NCBI GenBank assembly: GCA_043228905.1
Contig: JBHGNT010000006.1
Span: 8,556,001 to 8,620,000 of the forward strand
DNA: 64,000 bases
Reading direction: 5' to 3'
From: Azolla caroliniana
Lineage: Eukaryota; Plantae; Polypodiophyta
The notes under the pieces: model-generated
What the model was told of the DNA's origin: nothing
Database searches by the model: none
The model's input: only the letters and a program-made list of their open reading frames with translations
Shown here: positions 34,201-45,974 of the stretch, piece after piece
Numbering within the stretch: position 1 is the first letter of the stretch
Layout: each line of letters starts with the position of its first letter
Made by a program: the position numbers and the translations under genes

Positions 34201-35301
34201 CTTTTAAGCCATTGGCTCCTTCATAAATCATAGGCCACTCAAGTCATATATTTAACACTAATTTTATCATGATTAAGTTCGTTGGATGTCCAACATCGGT
34301 ATCCATTGAATTAATAATCCACTACTGAGGTCATCCTTTGTTGATATTCGTCAACATTTTCTCGGACAACCGTAGAACCAGTTGTCGTTTGTGTTCATTA
34401 TTGAGGTGCTGCTAGCATTCAACAATATGAGCTCGAATTTTGGTTGCTTTGGTTGTTTCCATCACCTCAATTTAAGTGTCACTCATGAAGAACGCTGAAC
34501 TTGACATGAGTACCAAGGATGGAAATTCATGCGCAAGGGAGAGAAGACCTAAGAGGAAACAGTAGACTGTAAAAACCTTGACATGGCCATATTATTATGC
34601 AAAGGGGCCACTCTTAAGACCTACGCTAGAGCTTCTCTCTCTCTCTCTCAAGACTTAGGTTATAGCTTCCTAGAATCTCATGGGAAGCAAGCAAAAATAT
34701 CCAAAAGACACATAAAAACAAAATTTTGTGTTTCGGTTAGATGCAATATATGGAAAAATGGTTTAGTAGATGGGATGCAACACCCTTGCTTCATGATGCA
34801 TCACTAGATTCTGTTAACCGTTCTGTTGGAAACACCTTCAATATGCCTACAAGCTATCGGTATCAAGGGAAGTGTAACGTGAAGACTTGGGCATAGAGGC
34901 GTCGTTAGGGAAAGAAAACGAAGAGCATACCCAGAATAGAGCCCGGGTCGTATACGTAGTTGAGACCTTAGAAACGACGGCACACAAATGGAAAAAACAA
35001 GAGCTAATAGATATGTATTACTGCAAACAGTTATCGATGATTACAATAACACGGCCCACAGCCGGTGACCTTACAAAGCTCTTATAACTATGAAACTACC
35101 TCGCCTAGGCTTTAGATATCTCCCCCTTTGCCGAGGTACGCAGACCTCGGTTTATATACTTTTTTCTTCATACAGAGCCGAGTGGTCGGCTGATTGTGAG
35201 GCTCGAAACTCGGCGTTTACCTAACTCTACCTTACCTACTCGCCTTACCTACCGGCGTATTACATTTAATTAATTTATATTTCTAGCCTATGGACTACAC
35301 C

Positions 35302-35318
35302 TGGCACGCCCGTGGGAC
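35302..35318 (+). other. Inverted PBS-like / tRNA-3'-end-like 17-mer at the PPT position of element A
   Basis: TGGCACGCCCGTGGGAC starts 2 nt inside the 3' LTR boundary (35299). No purine tract is present on the coding strand here. Confidence 0.85.
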
Positions 35319-35415
35319 AGGACTTTGTCCGTTGGACCCACGGTTCACCATGGATTTGGCAAAACAACACAAATTACAAAAATTGCCCGTACCTACGAGG
35401 GCTTCTAGGTTGGTT

Positions 35416-38400
35416 TTATTCCTCTTCCAATATGCGGAGGATATCCTCGGGGGCATGGGGTTGGGCTGGCTGCTCGGCATGTGGGGTTGGTGAAGAAGGT
35501 TGTGTTGCCGAGTCGGGGATGGTGGTGTCGTCGTGTGTGTCCTCCTCTGTTGGGACCGATTCAGGCAGGGTCGGGGTTATAGTCTGTGGCTTCGGTGGGA
35601 TGTGGACGTCTATAGGGGCAGGTTCCTCCGGTCTAACTGTCGTGGTGAGTGTCTTAGTTGGGATGTGGAGATCGGTAGGGGCAGGTTCCTCCGGTCGAGC
35701 TGCCGTGGGGAGTGACTCAGTTCCTTGCGCGGTGGTGGTGGGAGCTCTGTGACTCCCGGTAGCGAGTCGTTCCTCCTCGTACGCTTCGGCTTCTAAACGA
35801 AACACCATTAGATCGTCGTTGAATTCCTCCAAGAGTTGCTTGATGGCCGTGGTGTGGGATGTTGCCAAGGTATGATATTCTTCCGTTAAGTCTTCACGGA
35901 GGGTCTGGATGCTGGTGTCATCCATCTTGTAAAACACTCGGCCCTCCTTCTGTCGGTTCTCGGCATCCGCGCGTAGTATGTGTAGGTCTGTGGCTTGGGT
36001 TGACCACCCTTGCCAGACATGGTCAAGCGTTTCTTTGATCTTCGTGGTGAATTGCTGGCGATACTTGTGGATTAGGGTCTTGATTTTGGTATCGTCCATG
36101 CCGATGCTTGCGCGGTGAACTTCCAGTGCCTCCCTTGCGGCCTTGGCTTCTGCTTGGTTTTTGCGGGCGAAGAGTGCTAAAGTAGCTTGATTGTCTTTTT
36201 CTTTTTCAGTGATGAGCGCGATGGTCTGCTCATAACGGTTGGTGAGTTGAGCGACAATTTCGTCCCTTTCCTGTCGCCAAGCGTCCCGATGTTGTTCTTT
36301 GACGGCGATGTGCTCGGTTTGCAAATGGTGATATGCATCGGAAATTTTTGCTTGTTGCTCCTCCGAGATCCTTCACTTTTGCATATGTTCGTTGGCCATG
36401 TCTTGGAAGGCTCTTTGATGATGTTGTAATTCCTGGTTGTCTGCGAAGAGCTCTTGTTCCCGTTGGCTATTTTGCTCGGTTTCTTTGATGAAACGTTCTT
36501 TAGCCTCAGTGATAGAGACCTGGAGGGTCATCACCTCTCGTTCTCGTGCTTCAAGCGCGGCCGACCTTTCAGCAAGCAGTCGCTTGAGGTTCGCTTCGCG
36601 GCTCGTGGCTTGTTCCCGTAGCTAGCCAAGAATGTTGTCGTGGTTTTGTTCTGCCAACTCGGCCAGAGCGATCTGGGACTGAAGCTCCTCCTGGTAGTCC
36701 CTAAGGGGAGGCCTTGTCTAGGTTGCCGCTTGCTGGATTTGGGCCGAGGACTCCCTGTCTGTCTGTGTCGCTTGTTCCATGACGACCAAAGGTGGTGGCG
36801 TTTGCGTGGAGGCTTGACTGGTTTGGGGGTGTGGGCTGATATCTACCCGTGATGATGGCTCACTTGTCTGTACCGAGTCCGTCATTGTACTGGCCTCGGC
36901 CGTGGTTACCTTGGGGTGGGCGGTGTTGTCTTTGTGTGCGACGGTACCTTCAACACTCGAGCTCGGGTTTGGAAGAGTGGCTGGTGAAACAACGTCACTC
37001 GGCGTAAGGAGGATTAAGGGCGGTTGTTGCTGCGTGAATGTCGCCAGTTTCTCCTCGGCGGCTTGCCATAGATTGGTAGCCCGTTTGGCTTGCTGATGCA
37101 CTATTTTGATACGTCGAGCCATGTCCTTGACTGCTCGAGTAGTGTGGTGTAGATTGCGATATGCCTCGACTAAGGCCATGTTCAGATCCGGTAGTTCCAT
37201 AAGGAGCGAAGCATTCTGTACTAGCTTATTCCGTCCTATCTTCTGTAAGGCTCGATCCTCGTGAGGTTCGATTTCACCCATTAGAGCGCGTTGAATCATC
37301 TTTGTTTCGGCGTGCTCCTCGGCCATACGAGCGACGGCAGCTACTTGGGCACGCACGAGGAAATCCATTAACTCGTAAGTTGTGCCCAATCGAAGTAGTC
37401 CATTGAACTCGTATGCCTCCGTGGGGAGATCTTTGTAACCGAGGACTTCCTCCTTTGATATCTACGTGGTTTGTCCATGCTCGATGTTGAGAGACAAGCT
37501 CAACATCGGCCGGATCGGCTGAAGAAGCCGAGGACCAGATCGGTTGGGACCGATCGGTTAGGCCGAATGCGTAAACCGGTACGCAGACCGGTGCGTAGGT
37601 AGGGCCGGATCAGTGCGTAAACCGGGAGGCCGTTAGGAAAGATATTCCGAGAGGAATATATTTGGGAGTTAGTGTAGGAGCTCTTAATGAGCATTGAAGT
37701 ACTGTCAGTACTTCGGTCAGTCCTTCTAGGACTTGTATAAAAGTGTTCATTGAACACACATATGTATAGAGCAGTGAATAGAGATTGATTATTTTTGTTG
37801 TTGAATATAGTTCTTGTGTTTTCTCTCTCTCACCCTCTCTGTCTCTCCAGAGTATACTGCGTAAGCTCAAGCTCTCCATTAAACCTAAGTTTTCTTCCTT
37901 CTGTTCGGTCTTCATACTTGCTTCCGCACGCTACTTTTTACACTCGATCGTACCGACTTGGAGCCATGACTCCTCTGGTACTATGTCCGTGGAGGTGGCT
38001 GGCCTCTTTTGATTTCTGACGCTGGTCACCTTCCGTTTCTGTGGTTGCCTCTCGAATGATGCGGCGTCTCTTTGGCGGCTGATCTTGTGCATCTGGGGCC
38101 GGTGGTGTTGGCTCCTCGGCCTGTTTCCTCTTTTGCTGTCGGATGGCTGAGGGCTGCTGGCTTGTGGGCCGTGGGCTCGGTTGTGGAGAGGTCATTGATG
38201 TCCTTGGTGGCCTCTGGCGTATGGTGACATCCTCGGGGATGGCCTCCTTAGCCTCATCCCATTCGACACGGGTTGCTGTTACTGCCCGTTGTTTTTGTGT
38301 TTTTGGTGGGGGTGGGGTCGAGGCGGAAGCGGGGTTCCGAACACCTGAGGGAGGTGGAGAAGACAAGGAGTCTTCCCATTCTTCTCCCATTGTTTCCTTG

Positions 38401-38920
38401 GTGGTGGTGGAGAGGTCAGGATGCGACGAGGGGAAACCGAAGGAGGTGGGTAGAGGACTGTAAGGAAGTGATTGATCACAAGCAACAAACGCTTACCGGT
38501 TTGGAAGGATTCGAGTGCCGCACGGATTCCTTCGCCTGTGATGATTCCCCAGTAGATTTTGTTTCCCTCGTAGGCACTGATAATGATCGCCGCTTTGCCT
38601 TGTGGCATACTTGTAGGGTTGGTATGCACAAACGCGTACTCCATCAGGATGCGAGCGAGTTCTCTGAATGCCTTGTTGGATCCACCATAGGTGCGATAGG
38701 CTTTACCAGATATGGAATACGCACCAAAGTATTCCTTCAGGGTCGTGGAAGGGGGAATCTCGACCTCATGATCACCTCCTCGCTTCAGGTCCAAGGCAAC
38801 ACGAATCATATTGTTGGTGACTGTGTCCGGGTGGATTCGGCGTGCGACTGCTTGGGCATCAGGGTGTGCAGGGCATCGATCACCTTTAAATAACCACCCA
38901 ATCCTCGTTCCTGAAGCCAT
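35416..38920 (-). pseudogene. Extra 3' ORF of gypsy A: globular N-domain, P/Q/T-rich linker and long coiled coil; frameshifted and split by a solo LTR
   Basis: Consecutive minus-strand ORFs 38279-39160, 37938-38390, 36718-37389 and 35416-36324, homologous to the extra ORF of element B. Confidence 0.78.
37485..37942 (+). mobile_element. Solo LTR of the copia family at 52683-59211
   Basis: Near-identical to LTR 58760-59211; TG..CA ends; matching 5-bp TSD CTCGA on both sides. Confidence 0.95.
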
Positions 38921-41900
38921 GAGCGGGTTTCCTGTGAAGCTGGAAGAGGCATAATGGACTCGGGGTTCTGCTGTGTGGAAGATTGAGGATGAGACTAGGC
39001 CGAGACAGAGTGAGGGAAGGAGATGGTTGTGGTGCGGCAGAGGGGCTACGAGGACAAGAGAGGGCTTGTGAGCAAGAGCGGTGGGAGCGATGAAAGCGCT
39101 GAGAACGAGAGGAGGCTTGAGAGCGTGGGAGCGATGAAGGTTGGGTGTGCAAGAAAACATCTATGTGTGGGGTGTGCTTGGGGTAACTAGTTTTTAGCGA
39201 ACACCTAGGGTTTTGTGCATGAAGAGGAGCCTGGAGATTCTTGGTCATGGATGCCATAATAGGATATTATGGCCACGTGTCCTAGGGAGTTAGTGTTGTG
39301 CCTTGGATGTTGTGCATGTGCCTTTAAATACTTAAGTGAATGTGAAAGTGACTAGTGTGTGCCTCTAAACATGACGTGATTTGGGTGATGTGGTAGGTGG
39401 TGTAGGTGGAACTAACTAATTGCTAAAACTATGCCTAATCCTACCTAATGTAAACTTTGAAATGTTGGTGGGTTCTTACCGAGGGGGACGCGTGGCCTCC
39501 TTCATGGCATTGTCCGTGCCGTGAGACTCGGCGAAAGGGTTGGCTGGGGTATTTCCCCGGTACGGTCGTAGTCGGAATCTATTCATTCAGCTTTTGACAA
39601 TTTCCCCGGCGAGGGTGCTGAGCTGGAACGTGCCATTAAACTCGTCAATAATCCAGAAGGGGCCGGTCCATCGAAATCGTAACTTTCCTGGCATAGCACC
39701 GAGTCACTTCTGGAAAACGAGGACCGGTTTGCCTATGGTCAGTTCTTGTTCCAATCCTTTCCGATGTCGGTCCACAAAGGCTTTCCGTTTTCGTTGGCGT
39801 TGTTCAAGTTGGGTCATGCTCGCTACTCGGTCCTCGCCAAGTTCGAGTTGTTCCAGCCTCAATTGTTCGGATTGGGCCTCGGGGAGCCGTGCTTTAACTT
39901 GAACTCGAAGACTCGAAACTTGGAACTCGATGGGCATAACGGCTTCGAGACCAAAAGCCATTCGAAAGGGGGTGGATTGAATGCTCGTTTTGAATGTAGT
40001 GCAATAAGCCCACAGTGCACTCTGGAGCTTGTCATCCCAATCGGTGCAGTTCTCGTTGACAATCTTCTTCAAGATTGTTTGGAGAATTTTGTTAGTCGAT
40101 TCTACCAATCCGTTTGTCTGCGGGTAGTATGGTGTACTTTTCTTATGTACAACCGCGTAGTGTGTCATAAGCTTGCGTATTATATGGTTTATAAAGTGCC
40201 CACCTTGGTCACTAACGAGCTCAATTGGGCATCCATAACGGCACCAGAGATGTTCGTACACGAATTTGGCCGTGGATGCTGCCGTGCTATCTCGTAAAGC
40301 CTTTGCCTCGACCCATTTTGTGCAGTAGTCCGTGGCCACCATGATATACTTATTACCGGTTTGGGCCGCGGCTGGTTTGAAGGGTCCCACAAAATTTAAC
40401 CCCCATTTTTTAAATGGTTCCAATGGAAGAATGGGTTGGTGTGGCATTCGAGCTTGTTCCATCAACTGTCCCAACCGTTGGCACAAGTCGCACTGTCAGC
40501 AGAACTTGTGGGCATCCTTTTTCGTTGTAGGCCATCATAACCCGCTCTGCCATACTTTCCTTGCCATGGACTCTCCGGCCTAGTCTCCGCTGGTGATTCC
40601 CTGGTGGGCCTCTTGGAGGATGGCCTTCTTCTCGAATTGTCAAATGGCTCGGCGCCATATTCCATCCGAGCCTTTGTGGTAGAGGATGTCGGAAACGAGA
40701 CAAAAGTTTCGGCTACGTACTGCGAGTTGTTTCCGCACATCGAGGGCCATGTGGTCGAGAGGCAAGCAAGTATTAAGGAAATGGGTCATCTCCGTGATCC
40801 ATTCATCTTCTTTGTCGTCTTGCAGCGTTGTGAGATGAAATAGGCCGGCATTGGGTAAATCATCATACGTGGACTCGGCAGGGTCTCCTGACTCGAGGCG
40901 GCTTAGGTAATCAGCGACGGCGTGTTGGACTCCAGTTCGATGCTGGATATGAAAATCAAAATCTTGTAATAGGAGCATCTATCGTGCCAGTCGACCTGTC
41001 AGGGCTTGTTTATTGACCAGGTAAAGGAGGGTCGAGTGATCAACGTGAAATGTGAATTTTCGGCCTAAGAGGTAATGCCAAAATTTACTGATGTTGTAGA
41101 TCATACCGAGGGCCTCCCACTTGGTGGTTGAATAGTTATTTTCCTCGGCCGAGAGACGTCGGCTAGCATAATACACTGGCCGATACCAATTTGGGGGTGT
41201 GCATTGCATAAGTGCGCTCCCGATGGCGATATCTGATGCGTCCAGGAAGACGTGAAAAGGTTCTGACCATATCGGGGGTTGTACAACTGGGGAATGCGAG
41301 AGCATTAATTTCAATCCTTGGTAAGACTCGTCCTCGATTGAAGTCCATTGAAAGGGGAGTCGATGCACCGCCGCGTGTAGTGTTGTCGCGAAATCGGCCA
41401 AGTGGCGTCCCACCCGGCGTGCCAAATTGTGTTAATCGTTTTGTTGGAAACACCTTCGATATGCCTACAAGCTATCAATATGAAGGGAAGTGTAACGTGA
41501 AGACTTGGGCATGGAGGCGTCGTTAGGGGAAGAAAATGGAGAGCATACCCGGAATAGAGCCTGGGTCGTATACGTAGTTGAGATCTTAGAAACGACAACA
41601 CACAGATGGAAACAACAAGAGCTAATAGATATGTATTACTGCAAACAGTTATCGATGATTACAAAAACACGGCCCACAACCGGTGACCTTACAAAGCTCT
41701 TATAACTATGAAACTACCTCGCCTAGGCTCTAGATATCTCCTCCTTTGCTGAGGTACGCAGACCTCGGTTTATATACTTTTTTCTTCATGCAGAGCCGAG
41801 TGGTCGGCTGACTATGAGGCTCGAAACTCGGCGTTTACCTAACTCTACCTTACCTACTCGCCTTACCTACCATCGTATTACATTTAATTAATTTATATTT

Positions 41901-42491
41901 TTGGCCTATGGACAACATATTCCTGTGTAAATGAGGCCTTTTTGCGATGCCAATGTATCATGACATGGGAAAAATATGGAGGCTCACGCTTCACACATTA
42001 TACTACACATATTGCATATAACTATAAAACTATATTATTCGCTAAATGGGAAATGTTAACTCTTCGGGCCGGACAATGGCCTAACACAGGGTGTCTACGG
42101 GAGACACTTCACCAAAGGGTGTTACGGCAACCGGATTAGACTTCAACGCTTAATCCGACTTAATCAAGTTACTTATTAGGATCATCTTCATAACACGCGT
42201 AAGATATAACAATTAAGACAGAACGGCAATTAGCACAGAGATATAACAACGCTTAAGCTTTCATTAATTAACCGCTAACTATTACATTGTATCCGGGCCT
42301 TTAAATAGGTTTCCGGTCTGTATTACAAAACGGTGCCCTCCGCACCTGTTCGGGATCGGTCCAGATCCGGAACGGGGGCATATCGTTTCCGGTCCATCCG
42401 TCCACACTCATAGCTTAATTACAACCACATTCCTACTACTTAATTAGCTCTCCGTTTCCCACTCTAGACTCCTTTCCCAGCCGGTAACACA

Positions 42492-42508
42492 TGGCACGCC
42501 CGTGGGAC
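42492..42508 (+). other. Inverted PBS-like / tRNA-3'-end-like 17-mer at the PPT position of element B
   Basis: TGGCACGCCCGTGGGAC is identical to the element A copy and again starts 2 nt from the LTR boundary (42489). No PPT. Confidence 0.85.
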
Positions 42509-42543
42509 AGTACCTTGTACGTCGAATCCACAACCGATCCTTG

Positions 42544-45308
42544 CTATTCTTCGTCCAAAATGTCCAGAATGCTCTGTTCGAGAGGCTCCAATGGTTCATC
42601 TGGAAGTGGTTGTTGTTGTTGTTGCTGTTGCTGCTCTGTTGCTGTCTGCTACGGCGGGTCCGTTGGTGGATGCTGCGGCTGCTCCTTCGGTTGTGGCGCT
42701 GACACCGGCGTCTCCGTCGTTGCTCCCTGCGTCGTGGTGGTCTCCGGTTGACTGGTTCCCGACTGGCCCTCAGCTAGCGACGGTTCCTCATCACTAAGGT
42801 TAACCGTTGTCGCTTCCCGTGCTTTTTCTTCCCGCACCCGAGACCGCTCGTAGCTTTCAAACTGGATTTGAGCGTCCAACCTATCATCGTCCAGCTGAGC
42901 TACGAGCTGCCTGACCTGTGCCAGCTGTTCATCTGCCAGGACTTGGAAGTCGTCGGCCAGCTCGTCCCGTATGGCGGTGAAGTCCTCAGAAGTCAACGTA
43001 TAACAGTCATCTCCTTCCTTCCGCCGGTTTGCCACATCCGCCCGTAGCAACTGGAGTTCCGCCGCGTTTTGTGCCCACTTTGTCCACCATTTTACGGAGC
43101 TTTCATCAATCAAGTGTTTCGTCTGATTCAGCCATGCCCGGAGGATGGACTGAATCCGGCTCGTTCCCAATTGCGATTTGGTTTCCGCCGCTTGTCGTTC
43201 CTCCTTCAGTTGTTTGATGATTTTGACGTTGTCCTCCGCCTCCGCCTTGTAATGCGTCAATTGCCTTTGATATGTGCTTTATAATTTCTGCAATACTGTT
43301 GACGCTCTCTCTTTGTCTTCCTGTTGCTGCTTCTGGAGCTCCATCCGGACCTTCTCCGCCTCTTCCAAGCGTCTTGTATTTTCCGCCCGTTCGTCGGCGA
43401 TCGCCGTCGCGGCCCGATCAACTGCCTGCTGGAGCTCGGCCATCCGTTCTTTATCCTCCGTTTCCAGCCGTTTGTAGTCCCGGTGCAGGTGCTCAGAATC
43501 ATCCGTCTTTTGCTTGAGCCGTGCGTTGATCTGACGACGGGCCCGGTCCTCACGGTCCTTCTGCTGGCGGAGCTCTTCCTTTAGCCGTTCAATCTCTATT
43601 TCCGCCGTTTTCCGCAGCTTGTCCTTTTCCTACAGCACTTTGTCTTTCTCCTCCTTTAGCCGGTCGTACGCTTGATGGCCTTTCCGGAGGCTCTCCTCTG
43701 CCCGGCGGAGGTTCTCAGCAGTCTTCTTTAATTCGGCTTCGGCCGCCGTCTTCAATTCTCGTTCACGGCAAGTTCCTCTCTCAATTCCTCTCTCAATTCC
43801 GCAAGCTCCCAAGCTTGCGCCGCATCTCTCGCCGGAATGGTTTCCGTTGCCAGGGTCTTATTGCTATGTACAGGTCATTCCGTTTCTTTATTCTGTACAC
43901 TTACCGGAGCCACCGGTGATTGGATCCGTATTTTGGCCATCTCTGTCGTGACCTGATCCAAATCTTTTTCAAGGCACCGGATTCTAGACCGGGCCGTCTC
44001 TAGTTGTTCAGTTGTGACGAGCAACCGTTCGCTTTGCGCTCTTTCTTCCGCCTCTATATACCCCACTGCTCCGGCTATCTGTTCGCCTATCCACCGGAGC
44101 CACAGGCTACCGGTGCCTTGTTGTGCTTGCACGGAGGTTTGATAGATGGGCTCACTTGTAGAGGGGTGGTCCCGCTTGGTTGCGCTGAGTTGCAGTTCCG
44201 TTTCTGCCCGTGGACCATCCTACTGTCCTGGTTCCCCTTGTGGTTCTTCTTGGCTGACTGAGGGAGGCTGCAGTGACCTTTCCGGCTCTGGCGGGATGGG
44301 ACTTGCCGGTGTTGCCGGTGGCGCCAGGGCTTCTGTTTCCGGTGCCATCTGCACCAGTTCCGGTTCCTTCCTTGGCGTGGGAGTCTCAGTATGGGGAGCC
44401 GGTGTTCCCTCCGTCTGAGGGTCCGAACGTTTCTCGGCTGTCTCAACGGTCCTTGCCGACGACCGTCGTTGGAGGTGCTCCGTAGGCTCCTCCTCTATTT
44501 CCTCCTCTTGAGCTCCGGCATTGAGTTTTGCCGCCAAGGGGTCCACTTCTCGATTCACCGGTCGGCGGAGTGTGACCTTTATGGGCCATGCCGGTGGTTC
44601 CTCCTGCGCCTCCGTTGGGCGCTTCCGGCTGCCACTTCCTGCTGCCGCCTGTTCTGCATCCGTCGCCTTTCCCTTACTGGCCTTAGAGGCCAACAACTGT
44701 TGCCGTTTGGAAGCCGTCCTTCGGGTGGCGTCCGCCACTCTTCCTCGCTTCTTGGGCTAGACGGTCTGAACGAGTGGCACCAGTAAGGTGAGCCACTGCG
44801 TTACGGCGTGCCATATCCTTCGTCCGTCTCGGCCTTCTTTGCCGTCTTTGCCTCTGACGATCTCGATCGTCGCACACAACCCGTCTGCGATCAATACTGG
44901 CCAATCCACCTTGATCCCTTCATAGGTGGCAATGATCATCCCTGCCCGGTTCTACGGCATGACAGGGGGTCTAGGGTACACGTGGCCGTATTCATGGAGC
45001 ACACGAGCAATTTCGCGGAACAACATATCTCCACCGCCCTGTGTCTGGTAGCCCTTGCTGGCTAGAGAGTACTCACCAAAATACCTGATGAGTTTCTCCG
45101 GGGTTGGATTATCGATCGTGAGTATGCCTCCCTCCGGAAGGCCTGTTAACACTCGAATCGCCTCTGCCGTTATGACCTCTGTATCGATTTCCTTGATCAC
45201 TTTGTCGGCTTCTTTGTGTGGCGGTACTTCCATCATCATCAAGAAGCCCTCGAGCCCGTGTTGCTTCAGCCATGTCTTGGCGGCTTCCGACAGCGTTTGC
45301 GGGTCCAT
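42544..45308 (-). pseudogene. Extra 3' ORF of gypsy B: globular N-domain, linker and coiled coil, with stops and frameshifts
   Basis: MDPQTLSEAAK..ITAEAIRVLTGLPEGG..YFGEYS..FREIARVLHEY..IIATYEGIKVDW, then E/K/R-rich heptad segments; ends in EQSILDILDEE* at 42544. Confidence 0.78.
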
Positions 45309-45974
45309 CTCTGTGTCGGGGTCGGATTGCGGTGACGAGGATGGATGGTGATGAGAGTGGGGTTGAGAAAGAGAGAGTTCAAAAGGCGGGGGTTCTCTGT
45401 GCGCAGGTTCTCGTCTGATGATCTTGCAGCGTTTCGGTGCTTCTGTGCTCCTGGGTTCGCGAAAGTAGAGGGTCTCTACAGTGTCGTAGTGTATTTTGTA
45501 CACTACGTGAAAAACGTATATAGTATTAGATTCAATAAAAAAATGAAGAAATAGAAGAAAATAGCAAAATAAATGGAACATGCATAGGGCAAGATTCGAA
45601 CCTTACACCTCCATGTTAATAATGTAATGTCTTACCATTACACTAGCATTTCATTAGTGTTAAAGCATAGATGTCCCACATAGAAAGGTAAATTCACGCT
45701 AGGATAAACATTAGAAAAACGCATAACAAAAGAAAAAGCTACACATACACATCTAGCGTGCATGATAAAAAACGCACAAGTTAGAAAAAGCATGATCACT
45801 TTAGATAAAGCATATAGTCTATCTATAGGAAAAGCATGGGGTCTATAGTTAGAGAAAAAGCATGGATTACTAAGACTTCCTCATTACTACATAAGGATGG
45901 GAAGCACAATGTAATTGGGTGTGAAATATTTGGAAATTGGATATATTTCCGAAAACACCAACCGATTAATATAA

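Larger units (their letters stand above)
34812..41917 (-). mobile_element. Ty3/gypsy element A (non-chromovirus, Athila/Tat-like pol); gag, PR and most of RT deleted; long extra 3' ORF
   Basis: 488-bp LTRs at 34812-35299 and 41430-41917; TSD GATTC/TATTC; PBS TGGCACGCCGGGTGGGAC (41407-41424, tRNA-Arg-like); RNase H (FHVFLDASDIAIG) and integrase with a GPF motif at ~39500-41400. Confidence 0.93.

Noticed and set aside
33800-34811. Possible older LTR hosting elements A, B and the copia
   Set aside because: It has an LTR-like texture, but I could not find a partner LTR, TSD or PBS, so it is not called as a feature.
35302-42508. Reading elements A and B as plus-strand elements with antisense pol, or as chance chimeras
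   Set aside because: Each has its own minus-strand PBS, minus-strand TATA-like motifs in the LTR, direct LTRs and matching TSDs, and two distinct families share the arrangement.
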